Shown in pieces: positions 8,670 through 17,891 of a stretch of 20,711 nt of DNA. Below the pieces are notes generated by a model that searched no databases, was not told the origin of the DNA, and was given only the letters and a program-made list of their open reading frames with translations. This DNA is from a bacterium. Lineage in GTDB: Bacteria > Krumholzibacteriota > Krumholzibacteriia > G020349025. The stretch is from the NCBI GenBank assembly GCA_031362565.1, contig JANLSU010000060.1, positions 1-20,711 of the forward strand, given 5' to 3'. The stretch's first letter is position 1. Each line of letters begins with the position of its first letter. The translations under genes and the position numbers were made by a program.

Positions 8670-9785
8670 ATGGCACAGCAGCACGATGACTACTGCGGAA
8701 CGGTGCATCCGAACCTGCCGGCCCCCGGCCGGTGGGGGCGCCTGCGCCGTGGGTTGCGAGAGATCTGGTTGATCCCAGTCGTGGCGTTGTTCCTGACCAC
8801 CATTTTTGTCGCCTCGGACAACATGTTGAGTTTCAAGCAGGCACCCTGGGTTCTGTGGATCAACCTCGTCGTCTCGACGTGCATCGGCGGCACGCTGATT
8901 GCGACCTACGCCTGGGTTGCGCCGTGGATTCGCAAGCGCAGCACATCGCGGGTCGCGCGCGTCGGAACGCACGTGGTGGCGATCGCCTGTGCGGTCTTCG
9001 GCGGCAGCGAGTTGGCGATCCGATTGCTGCAGCTGGCCTCGCCGCGTTACTTGGGAGTGTCGCGTCTCAGCCTGTACATGATCAGCGGTGCGGTGTGCAC
9101 GACGATCGTCCTGCTGGTGCGCGCCTATGAACGCATCGTCGGGCGGGCCCGGGAAACAGAACTGCGCGAAGCCCAGGCGCGGCGAGGCATGTTGACGGCG
9201 CAGTTGGAAGCACTGCAGGCACGCACCAACCCGCATTTCTTGTTCAACAGTTTGAATGCGGTGGCGTCACTGATCGAAGAGGATCCGAAGCGGGCGGAAG
9301 CAATGCTCGAGCGGCTGGCGTCGCTCTTTCGCTATGCCTTGGAGGGCTCACGCCGGCAACACGTGCCGTTGCGGGATGAAATGGCGGCCGTGCGCACCTA
9401 TCTGGCGGTCGAGGCGGAGCGGTTCGGCGCCCGCTTGACGTCGTCGGTCGACGTCGAGGCTGGACTCGAAGACCTGGCGGTGCCGCCGCTCGTGCTGCAA
9501 CCGCTGGTCGAAAATGCCGTCTTGCACGGCATCGCGGCACGGCGCGAGGGTGGGCGCGTGGACGTCTCGGCCCGGCGCGAGAACGCGACCTTGGTATTGA
9601 CCGTCGAGGACGATGGCCCGGGGCCAGGAGCTTCGCTGCACCAGGGCACCCGCACAGCGCTCGACGACTTGCGGCAGCGTTTAGAATTGGCGTACGGCGC
9701 GGCGGCGACACTGGTGAGCGGCACGGGAGAGAACGGCGGTTGCCGCGTGCGGCTGTCGATCCCGATCGTGGCTCCTACGGACTGA
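8670..9785 (+). CDS. LytS/AlgZ-like membrane sensor histidine kinase
   Basis: About four TM segments; LQARTNPHFLFNSLN H-box; LQPLVENAVLHG N-box; VEDDGPG. Start ATG 8670 within ORF 7902-9785. Confidence 0.92.
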   Translation: MAQQHDDYCGTVHPNLPAPGRWGRLRRGLREIWLIPVVALFLTTIFVASDNMLSFKQAPWVLWINLVVSTCIGGTLIATYAWVAPWIRKRSTSRVARVGTHVVAIACAVFGGSELAIRLLQLASPRYLGVSRLSLYMISGAVCTTIVLLVRAYERIVGRARETELREAQARRGMLTAQLEALQARTNPHFLFNSLNAVASLIEEDPKRAEAMLERLASLFRYALEGSRRQHVPLRDEMAAVRTYLAVEAERFGARLTSSVDVEAGLEDLAVPPLVLQPLVENAVLHGIAARREGGRVDVSARRENATLVLTVEDDGPGPGASLHQGTRTALDDLRQRLELAYGAAATLVSGTGENGGCRVRLSIPIVAPTD

Positions 9786-9835
9786 ATGGCGCTGCGCCCC
9801 CGCGTTGGGTTGCACGGCATGTGGAGGATGGTGGC

Positions 9836-10576
9836 ATGCGCGTTCTCATCGTCGACGACGAGCCGCTGGCGCGGCGCCGGCTCGCCCGCATGCTGCAACG
9901 CCTGCCGGGCGTCGAGGTCGCCGGTGAGGCGGCGGACGGCATCGAGGCCCTAGAATGCATTCGGACCTTACGCCCCGATTGCGTGCTGCTCGACGTCCGC
10001 ATGCCGGGCCTGGACGGCATCGCGCTCGCGACGTCCGGCGGTGACCTGCCGCCCATCGTCTTCACGACGGCGTTCGACGAATACGCGGTACGCGCTTTCG
10101 AAACCGGTGCCGTCGACTATCTCTTGAAGCCAGTCGAGGCGCCGCGGCTCGAAGCCGCGCTGGCCCGCGTCCGCCAGCGCGCCCTGGCGAATCCCGCCCA
10201 CCTGGAACGCTTGCTGAACGATGTGCTGCGGCGCGACGAGCCGGTGCGCATTACGGCGCGTGCCGGCAACGTCGTGCGAGTGTTCGAGGCGCGCGAGATC
10301 GCGCGTTTCCGGGCCTCCGATCGCTACACGATCTTCAAGCACGAAGAGCACGAATATGTTCTCGACGACAGCCTGGCGATGCTCGAGGCACGGTTACCGC
10401 GCTTCGTGCGCGTGCACCGCTCGGAGCTCCTCAACCTCGACCAAGTGCGCGCGCTGCGTTTCGAGGACGATGGCGCCGTCGCGGTGCTCGCCGACGGCCA
10501 AGTGGCACCCGTCTCACGCCGCGCGCTCCCCGACCTCAAGCGCCGCCTGGGCATGACGGACGACCCATCGTCCTGA
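9836..10576 (+). CDS. LytTR-family (AlgR-like) response regulator
   Basis: GGAGG RBS then MRVLIVDDEPLARRRL, LLDVRMPGLDG, FTTAFDEYAVRAFE, VDYLLKP and LytTR motif FVRVHRSELLN...VSRR. Confidence 0.95.
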   Translation: MRVLIVDDEPLARRRLARMLQRLPGVEVAGEAADGIEALECIRTLRPDCVLLDVRMPGLDGIALATSGGDLPPIVFTTAFDEYAVRAFETGAVDYLLKPVEAPRLEAALARVRQRALANPAHLERLLNDVLRRDEPVRITARAGNVVRVFEAREIARFRASDRYTIFKHEEHEYVLDDSLAMLEARLPRFVRVHRSELLNLDQVRALRFEDDGAVAVLADGQVAPVSRRALPDLKRRLGMTDDPSS

Positions 10577-10606
10577 GCCGCCAATTGACCGGCTGCAGCG
10601 TCGACC

Positions 10607-10834
10607 TCATTCGGCCAGTCGTTTCAGAGCCCGCCCGTGCTTCTTGTTGACCTTGGCGAGGGCGTTACGAATAGCTCGCTGGCGTTTTGGATCACGCACC
10701 GGCGAGATGATGAGGCAATTCCCGTCGGTTGTGACGGAAAGTTGGGTTTCCGAATCGATCGACAAAAGGTCCAAGACGCCCTTGTCGATGACGAGTGCGA
10801 GACTGTTGCCGTGCTTGATCAGGCGCTTGATCAT
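10607..10834 (-). CDS. AbrB/MazE/SpoVT-family DNA-binding protein (antitoxin-like, no adjacent toxin)
   Basis: 75 aa; KRLIKHGNSLALVIDK swapped-hairpin motif; C-terminal helix KKHGRALKRLAE; GGAGGT RBS. Confidence 0.88.
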   Translation of the reverse strand: MIKRLIKHGNSLALVIDKGVLDLLSIDSETQLSVTTDGNCLIISPVRDPKRQRAIRNALAKVNKKHGRALKRLAE

Positions 10835-10859
10835 CGGACCTCCGCAGCCCGGGACCGGA

Positions 10860-10872
10860 TGCTACATTGTAG
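10860..10872. promoter_or_regulatory. Palindromic operator overlapping -10-like elements on both strands
   Basis: CTACA-T-TGTAG (10862-10872); minus strand TACAAT (10866-10871) faces the AbrB gene; plus strand TG-C-TACATT (10860-10868) faces the flippase. Confidence 0.55.
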
Positions 10873-11007
10873 TACGATCGAATTGCGGGCCGTAAAGCGC
10901 CGGACCGGCCGCACTCGGCTTGACTCGCTGGCGGTCTTCCGGTTCTCTTGTGGATTCGCCGGGCTTGCGGCGCCGTCCGATCCCGATTCCTGGAGCGTGC
11001 CACCACG

Positions 11008-12495
11008 ATGACGAATGCGACGCCCGCGGCGCCGCACGCGAGTGGGCCACGGTTCGCCTCCCACTTTGTCGAGAGCGTGCTCTTGACCTGGATCGGCAAC
11101 TTCGGCCGCATCGTGATCGGGCTCATTGCGCTCCGCCTGGTGACCGGCACGATTCCCGAGGCGGCACTCGGCGCCTACTGGATCTTGACCTCGGTGGCCG
11201 GGCTGTTCGCGAACTTCGCCGATTTGGGCATTGGGCTCGGCATCGTGCGCCATTTGCCGCTGGCGCCAAATCACGCCGCGGCGCAACGGCTCATGCACAC
11301 GGCCGTCACTTTGCGTCTCGCCGTGCTGGTCCTTTTATGCGGGCTCGTTTGGGCGCTCAAGCCCTGGGTCTTGCGAGCTTTCAGCGCCGAAGCCATGGCC
11401 GCGAGTTACGTGTATCTCTACGCCTTCGTCATCCTGACGAACTTGGGCGAGATGTATACGAACTTCCTGCAGGGACAGAGCCGCTTCCGCATTATTGCGA
11501 CCTTGGCGCTGGTAACGAGTGCGGCGCGTTTCACGCTCATTCTGGTGTTCGTGCGTTCGTTTGGCCTCGGCATCCGCGGCCTCTTCCTGGCCGAGGCGAC
11601 GTCCATGGCATTGCAAATCCTGCTCTCGGCATTGCTGGCGCGGCAAGGGTTGCGGCCGCGCTTCGACCGCGGCGTGGCACGCGAGCAACTCCGCTTCGGT
11701 TTTCCGCTCTATCTGAATACGTTGCTTTCATACACCTCGAGCCGCCTCAATACCATTCTCATCGGCGGCATGGGCAACACCGAGTCGGTGAGCTACTTCA
11801 CGGTCGCGGGGCGCGTGCCGGATCAATTGTCGTTCGTGCTGCGTTCGTTCGTGTTCGTGTACTTGCCCAACATGAGCCGGCTGTTCGCGGCCGAAGACCC
11901 GAGTCCCGCGCTCCGGCTCTTGGCGGCATCGCTCCGGCTCATGAGCTATTGCTTCGCCATGCTGGCAGTCGTGATGTCGTTCTTCCGCCACGAGGTGCTG
12001 CGCTTCTTGGCACCCGCCTCGTATCAAGTCGCCGCCGACGCCGTGCCGCTCCTCCTAGGAGGCTTGGCCTTCGCGTCGCTCGGCATGATCCTCGGCAATA
12101 CGTTCGTGGCGCTCGGTGACTCGCGGACGCCGGTCCGCATCAACCTGTGGACGAGCCTGCTGAGCCTCGGCCTGAACGTGGTGTTCATCCACCGGTGGGG
12201 CTTCATGGGCGCCGCCTGGGCGCACTTCATTTGGAACGTCATCGCCTACGCCATTACCGATGCCGTGTTGGCGCGCCGCATCCAGCTCGGCGCCCGCAGC
12301 TACCTGTGGATTCACGTGCTCTTGGCGGCGGTGCTCGTGGCCGGCCTGCACGCCACCATCCCGATGCGCTTGGTGCTGATTCTGGTCGGCGGCCTCGGCA
12401 GCCTGGTGGCGTCGCCGGCGCTGCGCGGCGACGTGCTGCGAGTCTGGAATAGCCAGGTTCGAGACCGGCTTCAGGCGCGCGCGCGGCCTGCCTGA
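11008..12495 (+). CDS. Wzx-like oligosaccharide flippase (MOP/PST family)
   Basis: About 12-14 hydrophobic segments; LGAYWIL...FADLGIGLGIVRH; LRFGFPL; RLNTILIG; ALGDSRTP. Start ATG 11008. Confidence 0.85.
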   Translation: MTNATPAAPHASGPRFASHFVESVLLTWIGNFGRIVIGLIALRLVTGTIPEAALGAYWILTSVAGLFANFADLGIGLGIVRHLPLAPNHAAAQRLMHTAVTLRLAVLVLLCGLVWALKPWVLRAFSAEAMAASYVYLYAFVILTNLGEMYTNFLQGQSRFRIIATLALVTSAARFTLILVFVRSFGLGIRGLFLAEATSMALQILLSALLARQGLRPRFDRGVAREQLRFGFPLYLNTLLSYTSSRLNTILIGGMGNTESVSYFTVAGRVPDQLSFVLRSFVFVYLPNMSRLFAAEDPSPALRLLAASLRLMSYCFAMLAVVMSFFRHEVLRFLAPASYQVAADAVPLLLGGLAFASLGMILGNTFVALGDSRTPVRINLWTSLLSLGLNVVFIHRWGFMGAAWAHFIWNVIAYAITDAVLARRIQLGARSYLWIHVLLAAVLVAGLHATIPMRLVLILVGGLGSLVASPALRGDVLRVWNSQVRDRLQARARPA

Positions 12496-12509
12496 CCCCA
12501 GGGCGCGTC

Positions 12510-12518
12510 TGGTATACT
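12510..12518 (+). promoter_or_regulatory. Candidate extended -10 promoter for the rfbF operon
   Basis: TG-G-TATACT in the short gap after the flippase stop. Confidence 0.5.
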
Positions 12519-12571
12519 TGGGCTCTTGGGTTGCACGCCCGCCTTGCCAAAGACTCCGGAGGCCCGTCGCG

Positions 12572-13384
12572 TTGTCCGCTTCCAACGACCCCCAGGGCCG
12601 CACCCTCGCCGACGTGCCGGTCGTGATCCTGTGCGGCGGCATGGGCATGCGTTTGACCGGCGAAACCGAATTCAAACCCAAGCCGATGGTCAAAGTCGGC
12701 CCGCATCCGATCCTGTGGCATTTGATGAAGATCTATGCGGCGCACGGCTGCCGGCGTTTCATCTTGTGCCTGGGCTACAAGATGGAAGTCTTGAAGGAAT
12801 GGGTGCTCAATTACCGGGTCATGGACAACGACTTCACGATGCACTTGGGCGCCGACCCGCGCGTCGAATTGCACGCCTCGAGCGCCGGCGAAAACTGGGA
12901 GATCACCTGCGCCGACACCGGCGCCGAGACGATGACGGGCGGGCGCGTGTTTCGCATTCGCGACTACGTCAAGAGCGAGCATTTCTTCGCGACCTATGGC
13001 GACGGGCTGGCGGACATCGACATCGCCAAGCTGTATGACTTCCATGTGCGCGAGGGCCGCATGGCAACTGTGACGGGCATCGCTCCCGATTCGCGCTTCG
13101 GCGTCATCGAGAGCGCCAGTGGCAAGCGTGTCGACCGGTTCCGCGAGAAGCCGCAGCTGGACAGTATCGTCAACGGTGGATTCTTCGTCTTCCGGCGCGA
13201 TTTCTTCGCCCGGCTGGATGCGAACTGCGTGCTCGAGCAGGCGCCGTTGACGGGGCTCGCGGACGACGGGCAACTGTCGCTTTACCGCCACCCGGGGTTT
13301 TGGAAGAGCATGGATACCTACCGTGACTTCGTCGAATACAACGACATGTGGAAACGCGGCGAGACGCCCTGGAAGGTGTGGTAG
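12572..13384 (+). CDS. rfbF: Glucose-1-phosphate cytidylyltransferase
   Basis: VILCGGMGMRL..ETEFKPKPMV, ILWHLMKIY, DTGAETMTGGR, TYGDGLADIDI, GFWKSMDTYRD, PWKVW; TTG start at 12572 follows GGAGG. Confidence 0.92.
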   Translation: MSASNDPQGRTLADVPVVILCGGMGMRLTGETEFKPKPMVKVGPHPILWHLMKIYAAHGCRRFILCLGYKMEVLKEWVLNYRVMDNDFTMHLGADPRVELHASSAGENWEITCADTGAETMTGGRVFRIRDYVKSEHFFATYGDGLADIDIAKLYDFHVREGRMATVTGIAPDSRFGVIESASGKRVDRFREKPQLDSIVNGGFFVFRRDFFARLDANCVLEQAPLTGLADDGQLSLYRHPGFWKSMDTYRDFVEYNDMWKRGETPWKVW

Positions 13385-13387
13385 CTC

Positions 13388-14380
13388 GTGGCCTTCTGGG
13401 ACGATCGCAACGTCTTCGTAACCGGCTGCACGGGAATCCTGGGATCGTGGATGACGCGCGAATTGGTGGCCCGCGGCGCCAATGTCGTGGGCCTGGTGCG
13501 CGACCGGGTGCCGCAGTCGCTGGTCGTCAACACGCCCGAATGGAGCCGGGTCGCGACCGTGCATGGCGCCGTCGAAGACTTGGACGTCGTCGAGCGGGCC
13601 CTCAACGAATACGAAATCGAAACGGTGTTGCATCTGGCGGCGCAGACCATCGTCGGTACGGCCAACCGGAGCCCGCTTTCGACCTTCGAGAGCAACATCA
13701 AGGGCACTTGGGTGGTGTTGGAGGCGGCGCGCCGGACGCGGAGCGTGAAGCGCGTCGTCGTGGCGTCCAGCGACAAGGCCTACGGCGAGCACCAGCAGTT
13801 GCCCTACGACGAGACCTTCGCCCTCCAGGGCCAGCATCCTTACGACGTGTCGAAATCGTGCGCCGATCTCATCACGCAGAGCTACCACACGACCTACCAA
13901 CTGCCGGTGACCGTGACGCGCTGCGGCAACCTTTACGGCGGCGGGGACTTGAACTGGAACCGCATCGTACCGGGAACCATCAAGAGCCTGTTGCGCGGCG
14001 AACGGCCGGTCATCCGCAGTGACGGTACCTTCATCCGCGACTATTTCTATGTGCTGGACGCGGTGTATGCCTACTTGGCGCTCGCCGAACGCATGGACGA
14101 TTCCAAGCTCTGGGGCGAGGCCTTCAACTTCAGCAACGAGATTCAGATCACCGTGCTGCAGTTGGTGGATGCGATCCGCAAAGAGATGAACTGCCTGGAC
14201 ATCGAGCCCTCGGTGCTGAACGAGGCCAAGGCCGAAATCCCGCATCAGTATTTGTCGGCGGCGAAAGCGCGCCGCGTGCTCGGTTGGAAGCCGGCTTTCG
14301 ATTTGGACGGTGGGCTCCGCGACACGGTCGCGTGGTACCGCGACTTCTTTGCTTCGGCGCGGGCGCGTTTCGAATCGTGA
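13388..14380 (+). CDS. rfbG: CDP-glucose 4,6-dehydratase-like extended SDR
   Basis: [48 protein letters not shown]; immediately follows rfbF. Confidence 0.8.
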   Translation: MAFWDDRNVFVTGCTGILGSWMTRELVARGANVVGLVRDRVPQSLVVNTPEWSRVATVHGAVEDLDVVERALNEYEIETVLHLAAQTIVGTANRSPLSTFESNIKGTWVVLEAARRTRSVKRVVVASSDKAYGEHQQLPYDETFALQGQHPYDVSKSCADLITQSYHTTYQLPVTVTRCGNLYGGGDLNWNRIVPGTIKSLLRGERPVIRSDGTFIRDYFYVLDAVYAYLALAERMDDSKLWGEAFNFSNEIQITVLQLVDAIRKEMNCLDIEPSVLNEAKAEIPHQYLSAAKARRVLGWKPAFDLDGGLRDTVAWYRDFFASARARFES

Positions 14381-14411
14381 CCACGAGCGGGAAAGGGCTT
14401 CGGAGGTCCTC

Positions 14412-15347
14412 GTGCGCATCCTGGTGACCGGTGGCACGGGCTTCATGGGCCGGTACTTGGTGGCGGCACTGGCCGGGCGCGGCGATGAAGTCGCCGTGGC
14501 CGGACGCCGGGCGGCGGAGTCCGCGGCACCGCTCTTGCCGGCGGGCGTCCGTTACGAGGTTGCCGATCTCGCCGACCCTGCGGCGCCGGGGCGCTTGCTG
14601 GCGGCACTACACCCCGAGCGCGTCTACCATCTGGCGAGTGCCGTCGACGTGCGGCGCGATCTCGCCCTCCTCGACGAACAGGTGCAATCCACTCAGATGG
14701 CGGCCGTGCACATGGCACGGGCCTGTCTCGACCATGGCGTCGAGCGTTTGGTGCACGTCGGAACGTGCGAGGAATACGGCAACGGCCCGGCGCCGTTTCG
14801 CGAGTCGCAGAACCCCGCTCCGGTATCGCCCTATTCGGCGGCCAAGGCGGCGGCGAGCGCCTTCGTCCGCATGCTGGCCACGTCGTTTGGCTTGCCGGCG
14901 GTGATCGTGCGGCCGTTTCTGACGTACGGCCCCGGGCAAGGCGCCAATCAAATGATCCCCGCACTCATTCGCGCCGGGCTCGAGGGCCGCGACTTCCCGA
15001 TGACCGGCGGCGAACAGACGCGCGAGTTCAACTACGTCGACGACATCGTCGACGGCATGCTGCGAGCCGGCGATACTCCGGGCATCGAAGGTGAGATCTT
15101 CAATCTCGGCTGCGGGGAGCCGCGCCGTATTCGCGATGTCGCGACCTTGGTCCTCGATCTCATGGGCAATCCAGTGCAGGCCGAATTCGGCAAACTCCCC
15201 TACCGCCCAGGTGAAACGTGGGAGTTCTACTGCGCCAACGACAAGGCGCGCGACCGGCTCGGCTATCGCGCCGCGGTGCCGCTCGAAGACGGATTGCGGC
15301 GGACGATCGCCGCGTACCGCAGCACGCCCCCCACGGCCCCTTCGTAG
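14412..15347 (+). CDS. NAD-dependent epimerase/dehydratase, probable CDP-4-keto-sugar reductase
   Basis: GGAGG then GTG start; ILVTGGTGFMG, GTCEEYG, YSAAK, RPFLTYGPGQ, REFNYVDD. Confidence 0.85.
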   Translation: MRILVTGGTGFMGRYLVAALAGRGDEVAVAGRRAAESAAPLLPAGVRYEVADLADPAAPGRLLAALHPERVYHLASAVDVRRDLALLDEQVQSTQMAAVHMARACLDHGVERLVHVGTCEEYGNGPAPFRESQNPAPVSPYSAAKAAASAFVRMLATSFGLPAVIVRPFLTYGPGQGANQMIPALIRAGLEGRDFPMTGGEQTREFNYVDDIVDGMLRAGDTPGIEGEIFNLGCGEPRRIRDVATLVLDLMGNPVQAEFGKLPYRPGETWEFYCANDKARDRLGYRAAVPLEDGLRRTIAAYRSTPPTAPS

Positions 15348-15428
15348 CGCCAATCAACGCTCTTCGTGTACACTGATGAATTCGGTCGAATTCCGGCCGG
15401 TACGAAAAGCACTCATGACAGGATTTGC

Positions 15429-16784
15429 ATGCCCTTCAAGACTCTCGATCTGCACCCCGATCTTCTCAAAGGCCTCAAGGACCTCGGATTCGCCCGACCG
15501 ACCCCGATTCAAGCCGAAGCCATCCCGCCGGCGCTCACTGGCCGCGATGTTCTCGCCTGCGCGATGACCGGCAGCGGCAAAACCATCGCGTTCCTATTGC
15601 CGATTCTCAACCGGCTCATGGGGCGGCCGCGCGGCACGACGCGCGCCCTCATTTTGACGCCGACCCGCGAACTCGCGGCCCAGGTGCTCGAGAGCCTGAA
15701 CGAGCTCGCGACGCACACCCCCATTTCGGCCGCAGCGATTTACGGCGGCGTTGGATTCGGACCGCAGGAACACGCCTTCCGGAGCGGCGTCGATGTCATC
15801 ATTGCAACCCCAGGCCGGCTGCTCGATCACTTCCGAGCGCCCTACGCACGCCTGCCGGGTGTCGAGTTCCTGGTGCTCGACGAAGCCGACCGCATGCTCG
15901 ACATGGGATTCCTGCCGGATATCCGCCGCGTGTTGCGCCACATCCCGGCGCGCCGCCAGACGCTCTTCTTCAGCGCCACGCTGCCGTCACCGATCGTCGC
16001 CTTGAGCCGCGAGATGTTGAACGACCCCGAGGTCATCAATGCGCAGCGTAAGTCGGCACCCGCGGTCGGCATCACTCAGGCCGTCTACCCAGTGACGCAG
16101 GACCTCAAGGCCGCACTCTTAGTGGCACTCCTGAAGCGCGGCGACATCACGCAGGCACTGGTCTTCACGCGCACCAAACACCGTGCCAACCGCGTCAGCG
16201 AGTTTCTGGTGCGCCATGGCATCAGGAGCGAGCGCATCCACGGCAACCGTTCGCAAGCGCAACGCACCGCCGCACTCCAGGGCTTCAAGAGCGGCAAGTT
16301 CCCGGTGCTGGTCGCGACCGACATCGCGGCGCGCGGCATCGATGTCTCGGAGTTGGGGCACGTGGTCAACCTCGACGTGCCAATGGCGCCGAACGACTAC
16401 ATCCATCGCGTCGGCCGCACGGGACGCGCCGAAGCCGTGGGCGAGGCCTTCACGTTCGTTTCGCCGCAGGAAGAGCACGAGTTGCAGAATATCGAGCGCG
16501 CGGTCGGCAAGCGCCTGCCACGCGTCATCGTCCCCGACTTCGACTACAACGCACGCCCGTCGGAGCGTCTCGAAATCCCGGTGGGACAGAGAATCGCCGC
16601 GATGCAGACCCGCAAGGCAACGGAGCGCGCCCGCAGCATGCAGAAGTCGCGGCAAGGCGACTCGCGTCAAGCACCGCCACGCCCGCGCACGCCATCCGGC
16701 ACCCAGGGGCCGAGGCCCGGGTCGGGGCCGCCGCCGCGCGGCCGCCGTGGGCGGGCACCGGTTCGCAACCCGCGCCCACGCTAA
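15429..16784 (+). CDS. DEAD-box RNA helicase (RhlE-like)
   Basis: Q motif GFARPTPIQ, TGSGKT, PTRELA, TPGRL, DEAD, SAT, ARGIDV, HRVGRTGR; basic disordered tail. Confidence 0.96.
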   Translation: MPFKTLDLHPDLLKGLKDLGFARPTPIQAEAIPPALTGRDVLACAMTGSGKTIAFLLPILNRLMGRPRGTTRALILTPTRELAAQVLESLNELATHTPISAAAIYGGVGFGPQEHAFRSGVDVIIATPGRLLDHFRAPYARLPGVEFLVLDEADRMLDMGFLPDIRRVLRHIPARRQTLFFSATLPSPIVALSREMLNDPEVINAQRKSAPAVGITQAVYPVTQDLKAALLVALLKRGDITQALVFTRTKHRANRVSEFLVRHGIRSERIHGNRSQAQRTAALQGFKSGKFPVLVATDIAARGIDVSELGHVVNLDVPMAPNDYIHRVGRTGRAEAVGEAFTFVSPQEEHELQNIERAVGKRLPRVIVPDFDYNARPSERLEIPVGQRIAAMQTRKATERARSMQKSRQGDSRQAPPRPRTPSGTQGPRPGSGPPPRGRRGRAPVRNPRPR

Positions 16785-17344
16785 GCGCCCGGCACGCGCG
16801 CGCGAAGCGCCTGCCAGTCTTGGGCGCGAAACGTCACGAGGATCCAGAGCAGCACGGGTACCGCAACATCCGACCGCAGAACCCGCGAGCCGAGGACGGC
16901 CCAGGCCGGCGCCGGGGCTCCCGAGGTCACGAGCGGCGCGAATAACAACCCGAGCGTGCAGCCGATGCGTGCCGCCGCGAATGCCTGGCTCGCGAGCAAG
17001 CCCCAACCCAGGGCCCGCAAGCGCCGGGCGCGTGGCACGGGTGACGCGCACACGAGCGCCAACATGAAAGCCGTCGCGCGCCAGCCGTCGCGCCGGCTGT
17101 CGAGGTTCAGGTGCGCGACACGCGGCGAACCCTGTGGCTGCATCGTCAATTGGGTGTCGTTCTCACCGGCCGCGGCCTTGAACTCGACGGTCGCAGCGTG
17201 GAACTGGGCGAAGCAGATGCGGGCGATTACCCGGTAACAAGATCCGTAGATCTGTCGCACCGGGGGCCACGGGAGGATGAGGATCGCGTAGGCGATCGCG
17301 AATCGGAGCACCAAACCGCGGAAAGCGCGCCACTCACGCCGCAT
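16781..17344 (-). CDS. Exosortase-associated membrane protein; exosortase-like paralogue lacking catalytic Cys/His
   Basis: ATG 17344 overlaps the exosortase 3' end; multi-TM; aligns without gaps to the core of the neighbouring exosortase. Confidence 0.75.
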   Translation of the reverse strand: MRREWRAFRGLVLRFAIAYAILILPWPPVRQIYGSCYRVIARICFAQFHAATVEFKAAAGENDTQLTMQPQGSPRVAHLNLDSRRDGWRATAFMLALVCASPVPRARRLRALGWGLLASQAFAAARIGCTLGLLFAPLVTSGAPAPAWAVLGSRVLRSDVAVPVLLWILVTFRAQDWQALRARVPGA

Positions 17345-17879
17345 GATGCTTGGGCGATGAGCGCAGGGCCCACATTGCCCAGCCGACCCAAAGCGACACC
17401 GCAAACAGCATGAAGACCGGCCGCCACACGTCGACGTGCAGCACCTCGAACAACGAACGCGAGTGTTGCGATGCGACGCAGAGCGTTGTGATCCGTACGA
17501 TGTTCAAGAGCAAGAGTGCCGGCACGCCGATCCCGATCCCCGCCGCCTTGGCGCGCCAACGAACCGGTGAGGCCAGAAACGCGAGCAAGAGCAGAACCGC
17601 CGGCTCGATGGCGTCGCACCCGGCGCGGACTTCGAACACCGAGACGCCGGAGACCATGCGGTTGCCCTCGACGCGGACGTGATTCCCGAAAAGGCCCAGG
17701 ACGCCGGCGGAGACTCGCGCGTTCCAGGCGAGGTAGGCCGGGAAGAAACGTGCTTCATAGAAGCGCGACATTCCGGCCAGATGGAACGCGACGAACGGGA
17801 TCGCGACGAGCGCCACGAAGCGGACGATCAAGCCGCGCGTCGTCGTGTCGATCCGTTGTCTCCCCGGGCGCCTGGGCAC
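17334..17879 (-). CDS. xrtH: Exosortase H-like transpeptidase
   Basis: 181 aa membrane protein; EVRAGCDAI (C88), LNIVRI (R129), FEVLHVDVW (H148); adjacent to a protein ending in a PTLxxWG sorting signal. Confidence 0.85.
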   Translation of the reverse strand: MPRRPGRQRIDTTTRGLIVRFVALVAIPFVAFHLAGMSRFYEARFFPAYLAWNARVSAGVLGLFGNHVRVEGNRMVSGVSVFEVRAGCDAIEPAVLLLLAFLASPVRWRAKAAGIGIGVPALLLLNIVRITTLCVASQHSRSLFEVLHVDVWRPVFMLFAVSLWVGWAMWALRSSPKHHAA

Positions 17880-17891
17880 ATCGACTCCGGA

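Noticed and set aside
611..9236. Long overlapping ORFs (611-2263 -, 1804-3009 +, 2553-4706 +, 4598-5908 +, 5746-7695 +, 7374-9236 -)
   Set aside because: Antisense shadows of well-supported genes in high-GC DNA; Arg/Ala/Pro-rich with no motifs.
10536..10610. 24-codon ORF starting in the AbrB stop (ATGA) as a mini-toxin
   Set aside because: It runs antisense into the regulator gene and has no toxin features; GAA-TGA produces ATGA by default.
12626..12658. RfbF motif GGMGMRL instead of GGxGTR as a sign of inactivation
   Set aside because: The glycines, Arg and downstream KPM lysine are intact; a single substitution is not enough evidence.
12254..14446. 730-aa minus-strand ORF
   Set aside because: Antisense to rfbF and rfbG; no domain signal.
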